Assembly: GCA_037445735.1 (NCBI GenBank)
Contig: JBBIJY010000013.1
Location: 1-64,000, forward strand
Direction of reading: 5' to 3'
Source of the DNA: Armatimonadota bacterium
Lineage (GTDB): Bacteria > Armatimonadota > Fimbriimonadia > Fimbriimonadales > GBS-DC
DNA length: 64,000 nt
Both the position numbers and the translations under genes were made by a program. Below, in pieces: positions 28,099-37,609 of this stretch (position 1 is its first letter; every line of letters starts with the position of its first letter). The notes beneath the pieces are model-generated. The model saw only the letters and a program-made list of their open reading frames with translations, was not told the DNA's origin and did no database searches.

Positions 28099-29874
28099 TC
28101 AGGGTTTTGGCAGTCCGAGCGCGGTGAGCCACTCGGTGAGCTTGTGGCGGCGCAGGGCGTTATCCGCGGGCAGCTGGAGCGGTCGCCCGCGCGCATCGAC
28201 GATGATGCCCACCACGCCGCCTTCCAGCACCACCTGTCGGGCGCGCCCTCTGCCCGCGCCGACATCGAAGCCCCGCGCCGGCTTCAGCACCGCCTCCAGC
28301 GTCTCGCCCACGCCCATCGGCAGCACACGAATCTCGCCCACCTTGAAGGTCTCGCTCTTGCCGTTGTATTCGATGGTGAGGCACGGCTCGCCCTCCCTGC
28401 CCTGACCGACGGGCGCGACGCACGAACCCAGCCGAATGAGGCAGTCGCGGTCGAACACCTGCGCCGCCGCCTCCGGATGCACCGTCGACAGCACGCCCAG
28501 CTGCGGCATCATGAAGATGGAGTCGACCGCCAGCATCGTGACGCCTTCAGGTTGATAGGCATCCATCATCATCAGCGCCGATTGTGCGCGGCGCGGGGCA
28601 TGGCTCAGCACACCGCCGCTGCCCACAATCATGTCGAGGTGCATCATGTCCACCAGTGTCTGACCCGTTTCGGTCTGCTCCAGCGCCTCGCCAATCGTGC
28701 GCTGTTGCTGAACGCCCTTCAGTCCGCGAGCGAGCTGCTTGTGGTGCAGGAACGCCAGGCGCAGCGCTTCCCGCGCCACCGCCTGCTCCAGCAGCAGGTC
28801 GTGATAGGTCTGTGGGATGGTGGTGGGGCGAATCATCTTGTTGCGCAGGCGGTTGCGAATCTCGTAGTCGTCCAGTTCGAAGGGCAGCCAGCGGCGGATG
28901 TTCGCCAGCCCCGCCTCCAGCATCACATTGCAGATGGAGTAGCTCATGCCGAGATTTGCGCTCACCGTGCGCGTGTAGTTGCCGTTGAACACCGAGAACA
29001 CATCGGTCGTCGCGCCGCCGATATCCACGCCCAGAATATTGATGCCGCGCTGCTCGGCGATCGTCACCATAATCTTGCCGACGGCGTTCGGCGTGGACAT
29101 GATATCGGCGGAGGTCCAGCTCATCAGCTTGGAGTAGCCGGGCGCCTGCTGCATCACATGCTCCAGAAACAGCTCGTGGATGGCTTCGCGGGCGGGACCG
29201 AGGTTCTCGCGGTCGAGCGTCGGGCGCAGGTTGTCCACGATGCGCAGGTCGAACCGCTCGCCAAGGATGCGCTGAATCTCGTCGCGGGCGTCCCTGTTGC
29301 CTGCGAAGATGACAGGCAGTTTCATGGTGCCGAAGCGCGGGCGCGGGTCGGCGGCGATCAGCAGTTCCGCCAGCTCCACCAGGTGCGTTACGGTGCCGCC
29401 GTCTGTGCCGCCCGACAGCAGCACAATATCGGGGCGCAACTCGCGCAGGCGCTGAATTTTCTGATAATCTTTGCGTCCGTCATCGATGGCGATAACATCC
29501 ATGATGATGGCGCCGGCACCAAGCGCGGCACGCTGCGCGCTCTCGGCGGACATCTGGCGCACCACGCCCATCACCATCATCTGCAGCCCGCCGCCCGCGC
29601 TGGAGGTGGACAGGTAGAGATCAACGCCCTCCTGCTCGTTGCGCTGCGGGGTCAGGATCGTGCCGTTTTCGATAAGTTTGCGCCCCGTGAGGTCTTCCAC
29701 CTCGCGGGTGGCGTTCAGCACGCCAATCGTTACATCATCGAACGGCGCTTCGACGGTGGTGGGCGCCTCGCCGCGCGTCACCAGCCGATACTCGCCGTCC
29801 CGCCGCTCAATCAGTATCGCTTTGGTTGTCGTGCTGCCGCAGTCCGTCGCCAGAATCGAACGCACCTGTGTCAT
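28099..29874 (-). CDS. GlmL/MutL-family (glutamate mutase L-like) ASKHA ATPase
   Basis: DCGSTTTKA, SSAGGGL, LSGGTDGG, VDIGGATTDVFS, IVDARGRP. Confidence 0.85.
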   Translation of the reverse strand: MTQVRSILATDCGSTTTKAILIERRDGEYRLVTRGEAPTTVEAPFDDVTIGVLNATREVEDLTGRKLIENGTILTPQRNEQEGVDLYLSTSSAGGGLQMMVMGVVRQMSAESAQRAALGAGAIIMDVIAIDDGRKDYQKIQRLRELRPDIVLLSGGTDGGTVTHLVELAELLIAADPRPRFGTMKLPVIFAGNRDARDEIQRILGERFDLRIVDNLRPTLDRENLGPAREAIHELFLEHVMQQAPGYSKLMSWTSADIMSTPNAVGKIMVTIAEQRGINILGVDIGGATTDVFSVFNGNYTRTVSANLGMSYSICNVMLEAGLANIRRWLPFELDDYEIRNRLRNKMIRPTTIPQTYHDLLLEQAVAREALRLAFLHHKQLARGLKGVQQQRTIGEALEQTETGQTLVDMMHLDMIVGSGGVLSHAPRRAQSALMMMDAYQPEGVTMLAVDSIFMMPQLGVLSTVHPEAAAQVFDRDCLIRLGSCVAPVGQGREGEPCLTIEYNGKSETFKVGEIRVLPMGVGETLEAVLKPARGFDVGAGRGRARQVVLEGGVVGIIVDARGRPLQLPADNALRRHKLTEWLTALGLPKP

Positions 29875-29893
29875 CGCTGCTCTCCTGATTCTT

Positions 29894-30904
29894 CTATTGT
29901 ACCTCGCGCGGCTCGATAATCAGCACGGGCTTGAAGGCGGCGCGGGTCTGGGCGGCGTGAAAGGCGTCGTCCGCCTCCTCGAAGGTGTACAGGTGGGTCA
30001 GTGGGCGCAGCTGCAGGGCGTTCGAGGCGACCAGGCGCAGGCTCTGCTCCCACGCATGGTTGCTGGAGCGCGAGCCGATCACACTCAGCTCTTTGAGCGT
30101 GATGGCGTACCAGTCCAGCTGTACAGGTTCGGGTCGATAGCCGAAGACCACGATACGCCCCGCTTTGCGCGCGATTCGGACGCAGGTATCGGGCGCGTCG
30201 GGTGAGCCAGCCGCGTCGAGGACCACCGTCGCTTCAGGCAGCGGCTCGCTGGCGGGGTCTATCGTTTCCGCCCCACTCAGCTGACGGGCGACCTCCCGCC
30301 GCTGGGGTAGCGGGTCCAGCCCAAAGAGTTGCTGCACGCCCCACAGGCGGGCGAGCTGGAGGAACACCTGCCCGAAGAAGCCCAGCCCGACGACGGCGAG
30401 GCTCTCGTCGGGGCGCGGGTTCGCCAGATTCATCGCCGCGACGCAGGTCGCCACCGGCTCAACCAGCGCGAACCGCCAGCGCTCGTCGGGCGAGATCCCC
30501 TCAGGCAGACGATAGAGGTTGCGCAGGGGCACGCGCAGGTACTCCGCGAAGCCGCCATCGACGCTGATGCCGATATGCTCCAGCCGCTCGCACAGGTTCA
30601 GCCGACCCCGACGACAGAAGAAGCAGTCGCCGCACACAATCTGAGGGTCGACCACTGCCCATTCGCCCGCGCGATGGGCAGGCTGGACAATCTCGCCGAC
30701 AATCTCGTGCCCCAGCGTGAGCGCGTCGCCGCGCCAGTCGTGATGCCCGCGCTGTTTGAGATGGAGGTCGGTGCCGCACACGCCGCAGGCATGCACGCGC
30801 AACAGAGCTTCGCCCTCGCCTGGCGCGGGCGCTTCGATCACCTGCATGCGCATCGTGCCGGGCGCAACGAGCCGATAGGCGCGCATGGTCGCTTCGCGCT
30901 TCAT
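29894..30904 (-). CDS. Zinc-dependent alcohol dehydrogenase (MDR family)
   Basis: CGVCGTD, GHE, C..C..C.......C zinc motif, GGFAEY, GLGFFG. Confidence 0.92.
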   Translation of the reverse strand: MKREATMRAYRLVAPGTMRMQVIEAPAPGEGEALLRVHACGVCGTDLHLKQRGHHDWRGDALTLGHEIVGEIVQPAHRAGEWAVVDPQIVCGDCFFCRRGRLNLCERLEHIGISVDGGFAEYLRVPLRNLYRLPEGISPDERWRFALVEPVATCVAAMNLANPRPDESLAVVGLGFFGQVFLQLARLWGVQQLFGLDPLPQRREVARQLSGAETIDPASEPLPEATVVLDAAGSPDAPDTCVRIARKAGRIVVFGYRPEPVQLDWYAITLKELSVIGSRSSNHAWEQSLRLVASNALQLRPLTHLYTFEEADDAFHAAQTRAAFKPVLIIEPREVQ

Positions 30905-32784
30905 GGCAGTGCGAACCGAAGCACCTCCTCCCTTGTTAGCGGCTGATCCAATCCCGATGGATAGACCTCGAAAACGAACCTGCAGCCGCCAGCCGTTGGA
31001 ATCTTTAGTCCCTTCACCACTGGCTCCTTGAAAAAGTAGATGGCGGACGCGAAGCCGCTCCGCTCCTGCTTGAGCATCCGAACCGCGAGGGGCAGGGTGG
31101 TTGGCTCCAGCTGGAAGGCGACCGATTGCGGTTCACCAGTGAACCCTGTCCTGGAGGCGATGAAACCCATCTGGGCAGGAGTCAGCAGGGGCTGCTCCAG
31201 ACGCCCATACCGCTGGAGCGTGGCTTTTTGGGCAGGGGTCAGCGAGGCATAGAAGCGCAGCAGCTGGCGGGTTGGGCGGCTTGTCAGCTCTGTCAGCGAA
31301 TCACCGAGCGCGTCGGTGAACGAGTACTCGAAGTAGCCATACGGGTCTGTCATGTCTACCCGATTAAGACGGGCGGCGAAAGTGGTGCGCCAGCACTCGC
31401 GCAACCGATCCAGACCGCGTATCTGCAGCGAGTTAAGCTCCATCGCCAGCTTCGACGCCGCCGAAAGGGAAAGAAGATAAGGGGTGTTCAACAGATTCAG
31501 AGTTGCCTCGTTTACATCCATCGCGCGTACGAAGGCAGGGCGTGCAAAGCGCAGCAATCGCCACGAACCGTCTATCTCCACCTTATAAATCTGCTCACAA
31601 ATATTAAGTAGTTTTTCCCACGAAGAGAGGCTCTCATTAGAGGCAAACAGCCCAAACCATGGCGCGTTCCATTCCGCGACCAGGTTCAAATTGCTCACTT
31701 CGGCGTATCGAACCAGCAGCTCGGCGGGTAAATGCACCCAGTGAGCCAGTCGCTCAAAATCGGGCGGTTCCAGAGGCGCCTTCGGGCGCTTTAACAGGGC
31801 AGGATTGAATGTACGAACCGTGTGAGCGCGCATGAACTGCTCCACAAGGCTTTGCGGATTAAGCGGACCGATCGGCGGAACCCCTATGGCAAACTCGAGG
31901 CGACCTGCCTCGTGCCCGTCTCGAAGTTGAACTGCCGCGATGCCGAGGGTCAGCAGCTCGCCCACCCGAAGCATGAGGCACCGTTCACTGATTTCGATGC
32001 CTGCACTCTGATACAGCTCCTTTTCTCTGGCGATGAGGTGCTGATAGCCATCGGGCAGATAGGACAGCGGGAGTTCGAGGGAGCGTTTCTGGCGCAGAGT
32101 CTGCCACTGCCCGCTATCAAGCGCGCGCAGAACATGCAGAAGCTCGTAGTTGCGCACAATCTGCTGGGCTACATCGATCAGGGTGGACTGGTAAAGCGCC
32201 TGCAGGTTGCCCGTTTGTGGGGGTGTGTTCGGCTTCAGCAGCGCCTTTAAGCGCGAGTCTGCGGCGCTATCGGGATTCTTAATTATTCGCTGATGCGCTT
32301 CGCGTGAGAGTTTAAACGCCGCGGGCGGAACCAGGGCAAGCGCTTCCTGAATCAGGTCAACTGGCTCCTTCTCTTCCAGCAGACGAACAAAACGGGTCAA
32401 CTGCTCCCGTTCGGTGCGCGCTCTGGCAGGCTCCCCCAAGAGATAGTACAGCCTGCCGTCCTGCCGCTCGCCCCGCGTCCATTCAAAGCCGAGCGTGGTC
32501 GCCAAGTGGCTGAGCAGTTCATGAAGCGGCTGTTCGTGCACGAAAAGGCATACGCGGAACTGCCCTGCGGTCATGCCTGCGCGAAGATCAAGCCCCGTCT
32601 CCCGCGAAAGCTGGCGCATAAGCGATTGCAGCGTGATTGCTGGTTCACGCAGGCTCACTTTTTGAAGCAGTCGCGGCTCGCGGTCGGGATCCAGCGCATT
32701 CTGCCCCGATGTCTGTCCAATAAGCGCCGCACAGCTGAGTGATAGCCCCATTATCCAGACAGTGCGACTCGCTTTCCCTGCCAT
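30901..32784 (-). CDS. Exported hypothetical protein with STN/secretin-N-like N-terminus
   Basis: Signal peptide; RL.QKVSL....TL..L...LS..TGL.L..V.LFV.E.PL.E.L..LA pattern; GGAG SD. Confidence 0.7.
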   Translation of the reverse strand: MAGKASRTVWIMGLSLSCAALIGQTSGQNALDPDREPRLLQKVSLREPAITLQSLMRQLSRETGLDLRAGMTAGQFRVCLFVHEQPLHELLSHLATTLGFEWTRGERQDGRLYYLLGEPARARTEREQLTRFVRLLEEKEPVDLIQEALALVPPAAFKLSREAHQRIIKNPDSAADSRLKALLKPNTPPQTGNLQALYQSTLIDVAQQIVRNYELLHVLRALDSGQWQTLRQKRSLELPLSYLPDGYQHLIAREKELYQSAGIEISERCLMLRVGELLTLGIAAVQLRDGHEAGRLEFAIGVPPIGPLNPQSLVEQFMRAHTVRTFNPALLKRPKAPLEPPDFERLAHWVHLPAELLVRYAEVSNLNLVAEWNAPWFGLFASNESLSSWEKLLNICEQIYKVEIDGSWRLLRFARPAFVRAMDVNEATLNLLNTPYLLSLSAASKLAMELNSLQIRGLDRLRECWRTTFAARLNRVDMTDPYGYFEYSFTDALGDSLTELTSRPTRQLLRFYASLTPAQKATLQRYGRLEQPLLTPAQMGFIASRTGFTGEPQSVAFQLEPTTLPLAVRMLKQERSGFASAIYFFKEPVVKGLKIPTAGGCRFVFEVYPSGLDQPLTREEVLRFALP

Positions 32785-32977
32785 GACGCTCCACCTGCCC
32801 GATTATACCTTGCCTGCTTCCGCATCCCAAACCATCCTCCCGCATCGGCTTCAGGCTCACACACAGCACCCGGTGGGGTGCGCCTGCCTGCTGCCCTTGA
32901 AGCCACAAAATACGAACACGCGCGACGGTTTTGCACAACACCCCGAAAACATCTCACCCTTTTAGAAGGCGGAATAA

Positions 32978-35572
32978 TCAGGAATCGGGTGCAGGAGCGG
33001 GCTTGAGAAGGCGTTCGTACTCTTCGGGTGGGATTTTGCGTCCCTGCGTGTCGGTGCAGTAGAAGCTGAGCAGGGTGCGCCCAGCCCACTGACCCAGCCG
33101 TGCGCTGTGGATGTTCCAGCCCAATCGCGAGAGGCGGTACGCTGCCCGATAGAGCGCGCCCGCGTCCGGCTCCGTCTGCATATCGACCACCGTGTAGCTC
33201 TCGGACGCATCGTCGTGAATCTGCAGCTGGCGCACGCGCAGCTGGCTTTCGGGGTCTTTCTGATGCTCGCGCAACAGCTCGCTCACCGACTGCTCCCCTG
33301 TGAGCACGCGGCGCAGCGCTTTCTCTATCAGGGCGCACTGATTGGGCGAGAGCGGGCGATGGCGGATGGTAATCCAGAGCGTGTCGAGCGCGACGCGCGG
33401 CTCGTCCTCGCGGGTCAGCACCCGCGCCGCGCTCACCTCCGCGTCCAGCGCGTACAGCACGCCCGCTATCTTGCTCAACAGACCCGGCTGCGGGTCATCG
33501 AAGGTGCAGAGGGTCAGCTCGGTGTAGGGCGAACCCTGCGCCTGATGGAACTCGATCACGGGACCCTTACCCTCGCGCACGCGCTGGATGTAGCGGATGT
33601 GCAGCATAATCTGCTCGGTGGGTGTGTTGAGCAGGTAGGCGGAGGGCATCTGCTGGATGTGCTGCTCGATGAGTTCGGGCGGCAGCGGATGGCGCGACAG
33701 CTCGCGCTGGAGCCGTTTGCGCAGGGCGGTGAGGTTCGGCGCGGCGACTGGCTCGCCCTCCTCAAGGGCGCGCATCGCCCGCCGATAGAGTTCCTGCAGG
33801 AACGCCGCCTGCGCGGGCGTCCAGATACGCTCGCCGACCGCCTGCGTATCGGCGCAGGTGAGCAGGTAGAGCATCTGCAGCCGTTCGGGGTCGTTCACAA
33901 TGCGGGTGAAGTCGCGAATCGTTTCGGGCAGGTGCAGATCGCGCTGGCGGGCGGTCTGCGCCATCAGCAGGTGGTGGCGCACCAGAAACTCGATATCGGT
34001 GGCGTGTTCGTCCCAGCCCAGCTGCAGGGCGGTCTCGCGGGCGATTTCGGCGCCCGACTCTGCATGGGGGCGTGCGCCGTCCTGCTTGCCCACATCGTGC
34101 AGCAGCAGCGCCAGGTAGAGCACCTCCGGGCGTGGTAACTGGTTCAGGATGAGCGTCAGGGGCGACGGCGGCTCTGATGGGTTCTGCGCGAAGCTGTCCA
34201 GGATTCGGATCGCCTGCAGGGTATGCTCGCCGACGGTGAACTCGTGGGTAGGGTCGCCTGCGGGCAGGCTCATCACCGCGTTGAAGGCGGGCAGCGCCCA
34301 GCCCAGCACGCCCAGTCGCGCCATCGGCTCCAGCACGCGATACACCTCGCCCGGCTGGCTCAGAATCTCGCGCAGGCACTGCCCGACCTCGCGTGGGTCG
34401 GGCGGGCGCGGCGAATCGCGCAGCACGGCTTCGATGCGTGCCTCAATCTGCGGGCTGAGCGCGAGGCGATACTTTTGCGCCAGTCGGAACACCCACAGGC
34501 ACCATTCGGGCGGTTCGCGCTCCAGCGCGGGCGCAGGCTCAATCTGCAGGTTCACGCTGTCCAGCCCCAGCCCCAGCACGAGCGGCGAGCGGATGAGCTG
34601 TTCAACGGCGCGGCGGGTGAGACGGGCATGCGTCGCCAGCGCGTCCATCACCATGCGCGTGAATGCGCTCGCTTCGAGTCCCAGCCGTTCGGCGATTTCG
34701 GCTTGACGGCTCCGCGTGAGGATGTCGCGCGCCTCGCCCGTGATGGCGTGCAGCCATGCTCGCACGCGCGCGAGCGTGCGCGTCGCCCGCTCCAGCGCTT
34801 CGGCTTCGGTCGAGCTGAGAACGCCTTCGGCGGTCAGGGTCGCCAGCACGGCGTGGGAGGGTACCCCGTAGCGCACCTGTGCGAGCCAGTTGAGCGTATG
34901 GCGGTCGCGCAAGCCGCCGCGCCCCTCTTTCAGGTTCGGCTCCATGCGCAGCACGCCCGCGCCCTGCTTCGCCCAGCGCGCCCGATACTCCTGATAGCGC
35001 TCCAGCATGAAGCCTGTCGGATCCAGCGTGTGCCAGAAGCGCGTCTCGAACTGCTCGGCAACCGCGCTGCTGCCCGCCACTAGGCGCATATCGAGCAGAC
35101 CCGTGCGCGTCTTATCGTCCAGCGTGGGGCAGTCGTCCATCAGCCGATAGGCGTAGCCGACCCTGAGCCGCGCCTGCGTGTGCAACACATTCATCAACGC
35201 CTGAAACAGGTGCTTCACCAGCCGCTCGGTGAACGGCTCGTTCTCGTGCAGCGGAATGAAGGTGAGGTCAATATCGGAGCAGGGCGCGAGGTCGGCGCGT
35301 CCGTAGCCGCCAGTGGCGAAGATGGCGAGCGACTGTTCAGGGATCAGGGCGACCTCCTGCGCCGCCTGCTCATACGCCCACTGATAGAGCGCCTGTAAAG
35401 CCGAATCGATGAGCGCGGTGTATTCGCGGGCGAAGGCGTCCTCATCATTCTGCTCCCAGAGGTGTTCGATCAGGCGCGTGCGCGCTGTCAACAGCCACGC
35501 GCCCATCTCCTCTGGTGTCGGCTTCACTCCCGCTGCAACCCTCGCGCTCACAATCCCGATTCTACCCCTCAT
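32978..35572 (-). CDS. glnD: [Protein-PII] uridylyltransferase/uridylyl-removing enzyme
   Basis: GGYGR..LAP.SDIDL NTase, EPNLKEG.GGLRD, HD domain (EHT..LLHDVGK), two ACT-like domains. Confidence 0.88.
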   Translation of the reverse strand: MRGRIGIVSARVAAGVKPTPEEMGAWLLTARTRLIEHLWEQNDEDAFAREYTALIDSALQALYQWAYEQAAQEVALIPEQSLAIFATGGYGRADLAPCSDIDLTFIPLHENEPFTERLVKHLFQALMNVLHTQARLRVGYAYRLMDDCPTLDDKTRTGLLDMRLVAGSSAVAEQFETRFWHTLDPTGFMLERYQEYRARWAKQGAGVLRMEPNLKEGRGGLRDRHTLNWLAQVRYGVPSHAVLATLTAEGVLSSTEAEALERATRTLARVRAWLHAITGEARDILTRSRQAEIAERLGLEASAFTRMVMDALATHARLTRRAVEQLIRSPLVLGLGLDSVNLQIEPAPALEREPPEWCLWVFRLAQKYRLALSPQIEARIEAVLRDSPRPPDPREVGQCLREILSQPGEVYRVLEPMARLGVLGWALPAFNAVMSLPAGDPTHEFTVGEHTLQAIRILDSFAQNPSEPPSPLTLILNQLPRPEVLYLALLLHDVGKQDGARPHAESGAEIARETALQLGWDEHATDIEFLVRHHLLMAQTARQRDLHLPETIRDFTRIVNDPERLQMLYLLTCADTQAVGERIWTPAQAAFLQELYRRAMRALEEGEPVAAPNLTALRKRLQRELSRHPLPPELIEQHIQQMPSAYLLNTPTEQIMLHIRYIQRVREGKGPVIEFHQAQGSPYTELTLCTFDDPQPGLLSKIAGVLYALDAEVSAARVLTREDEPRVALDTLWITIRHRPLSPNQCALIEKALRRVLTGEQSVSELLREHQKDPESQLRVRQLQIHDDASESYTVVDMQTEPDAGALYRAAYRLSRLGWNIHSARLGQWAGRTLLSFYCTDTQGRKIPPEEYERLLKPAPAPDS

Positions 35573-35602
35573 GACCCCCTTTATGGGTGGCTGGCAGCGG
35601 CA

Positions 35603-36229
35603 TCAGCGCGTCAGGTTCTTTTGCTTCCACTCCTTGAGCAGGGTCGGCGCACGCTCCGTCAGAAAAACATTCTCCACGAAGAACATGTAGAGCTGGTCGC
35701 GCTCCAGTTTCCCGGTGTCCACTTTGCTGGCTTGCAGAACCTCGCGGCTGCGTTTGACCATATAGTCCATCTGTTCTTCGGTGAAGCGCGGTTTGAGTTC
35801 GGTGCTGATTTCGGTGATGAGGCGGGTGCGCAGGTCGCGTCGGCGCTGGGCGGCTGTGGTCTCCAGCTGGCGCATGGCATCCAGAAACTCTTTCGGCACG
35901 CTTTTGCCGCGTGAGGCGTCCTCGCGCACGCGCAGGATCTCGTCCTTGCGGTTGCGCAGCTCCTTTGCCTCCTGCTGGATCAGCTCATTCAGTTGTTTGA
36001 ACGCCTTTTCGTTGGCTGCGATCAGCCGATCGACCTGTTCGGTGGTCAGGTTCAGCGGGCGCACATTGTGGAACCAGTTGATGTCGGTCAGCGCGAGCAG
36101 CAGCTGATCGATTTCGGCGGTGGATGGAGCGGTCGTGCTGCCCGATGGCTGGCTCTGCTGGGAGTGAATCGCAAGCAGCATCAGCCCACCCAGTATCCCT
36201 CCAAGCCCCAACAGTCCGACGCTTCGCAT
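35603..36229 (-). CDS. Exported helical hypothetical protein
   Basis: N-terminal hydrophobic segment, LNLT.EQ motif, TATACT 7 nt upstream of ATG. Confidence 0.7.
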   Translation of the reverse strand: MRSVGLLGLGGILGGLMLLAIHSQQSQPSGSTTAPSTAEIDQLLLALTDINWFHNVRPLNLTTEQVDRLIAANEKAFKQLNELIQQEAKELRNRKDEILRVREDASRGKSVPKEFLDAMRQLETTAAQRRRDLRTRLITEISTELKPRFTEEQMDYMVKRSREVLQASKVDTGKLERDQLYMFFVENVFLTERAPTLLKEWKQKNLTR

Positions 36230-36271
36230 GGCAGCAAGTATACCTTGAAGATGGGGTATTATGGGGCTGCA

Positions 36272-37549
36272 GTGTCGGTTCAACCGTCGGGAACGTTAGA
36301 GCCGCCGGAGCCTCCGCAAGGGGGCTCGTTTCTCGAGACTGGCTGGCTGGGTTCAACTTTTCAGGCGATGCGGTACCCCGTCTTTCGGCGGTACTGGGTA
36401 GGCGCGTTCCTGTCGTTCATCGGCTCATGGATTCAAAATGTTGCCCAGAGCTGGCTGGTGTATGAGTTGACGCGCTCGGAGTTCTTGCTGGGCGTGGTGG
36501 GGTTTGTGCAGGGCTTACCGATGCTGTTGTTCGCGCCGCTGGGTGGCGCCATCTCCGACCGCTGGAACCGCCGCACCATCCTGCTCCTCACGCAAAGCAT
36601 TTTCGCATTGAGCGCGCTCACACTCGCGATCCTCACCTACACCGGGCTGATCCGATACGAACACATCCTGGGGCTGGTGCTGCTGAATGGGCTGGTGTTA
36701 TCCATCGATTTGCCGACACGCCAGTCGCTGGTGGCGCATCTGGTGGACAAGCGCGATCTGGCGAACGGCATTGCGCTGAACGCCGCTGCGTTCCACACCG
36801 CGCGCATTCTGGGACCCGCGCTGGGCGGTCTTTTGCTGGAGCGGGTCGGCGCGGCGCCATGTTTTCTGATTAACGCCATTAGTTTCGGCGCGATCCTGCT
36901 GGCGCTGCTGACGATTCGGGTGCAGTCGGTGGATGATGGCGAGTCGCGGGGCGGGCTGCTCCGCTCACTGCGGGAGGGCGTGCAGTTTGTGGTGGCGCGG
37001 CGCGGGCTGTTCGTGCTGTGGCTGAATGTGATTGTGCTGAGTCTGTTCGGGCTATCCTATCTGGTGCTGCTGCCCGTGTTCGCCGCGGAGATACTGAAAA
37101 TCGGCAAGGCGGGGCTGGGTCAACTCTACACCTTCGCCGGCATCGGCTCGCTGATTGGACTGTTAACGGTGGCGCGGCTTTCAGGCGAAATCCCGCGCGG
37201 CGTGCTGGTGCTGATCGCCGCCAACGGCTTCGCGTGGAGCGTTCTCCTGTTCTCGCAGTCGCACCATCCATTGCTCGCCAAGCTCATGCTGATGCTGGCG
37301 GGCATGTTCGGTGTGATGCAGCTGGTATCGACCAACACGGCGTTGCAGACAGCCGCGCCGGACCATCTGCGCGGGCGTGTGGTCTCCCTGCATACCTGGG
37401 CGATTAACGGTCCTGCGCCCTTCGCCGCGTTGATGATTGGCAAGCTGGCGCAGATGCTGGGCGCGCCGACCGCCGTGCTGATCGGCGCCGGCATCTGTGC
37501 TGCCTTCGCGCTCGGTCTGCTCCTCATCAAAGAGGTTCGACAGGTTTGA
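36272..37549 (+). CDS. MFS transporter (MFS_3/H+ antiporter-like)
   Basis: FRRYW.G..LS..GSW.Q.VA..WLVY, GGAISDRWNRR, about 12 TM segments; start approximate. Confidence 0.9.
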   Translation: MSVQPSGTLEPPEPPQGGSFLETGWLGSTFQAMRYPVFRRYWVGAFLSFIGSWIQNVAQSWLVYELTRSEFLLGVVGFVQGLPMLLFAPLGGAISDRWNRRTILLLTQSIFALSALTLAILTYTGLIRYEHILGLVLLNGLVLSIDLPTRQSLVAHLVDKRDLANGIALNAAAFHTARILGPALGGLLLERVGAAPCFLINAISFGAILLALLTIRVQSVDDGESRGGLLRSLREGVQFVVARRGLFVLWLNVIVLSLFGLSYLVLLPVFAAEILKIGKAGLGQLYTFAGIGSLIGLLTVARLSGEIPRGVLVLIAANGFAWSVLLFSQSHHPLLAKLMLMLAGMFGVMQLVSTNTALQTAAPDHLRGRVVSLHTWAINGPAPFAALMIGKLAQMLGAPTAVLIGAGICAAFALGLLLIKEVRQV

Positions 37550-37609
37550 TTCGTCCGCACGGCTGGTTTTTTCACTCATTCGGGGGCACGATATTTTTGA
37601 GCAGGGGGC

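Noticed and set aside
32850-32945. IS-end-like TTTTGCACAACACCCC and small hairpins
   Set aside because: No partner inverted end or target duplication identified.
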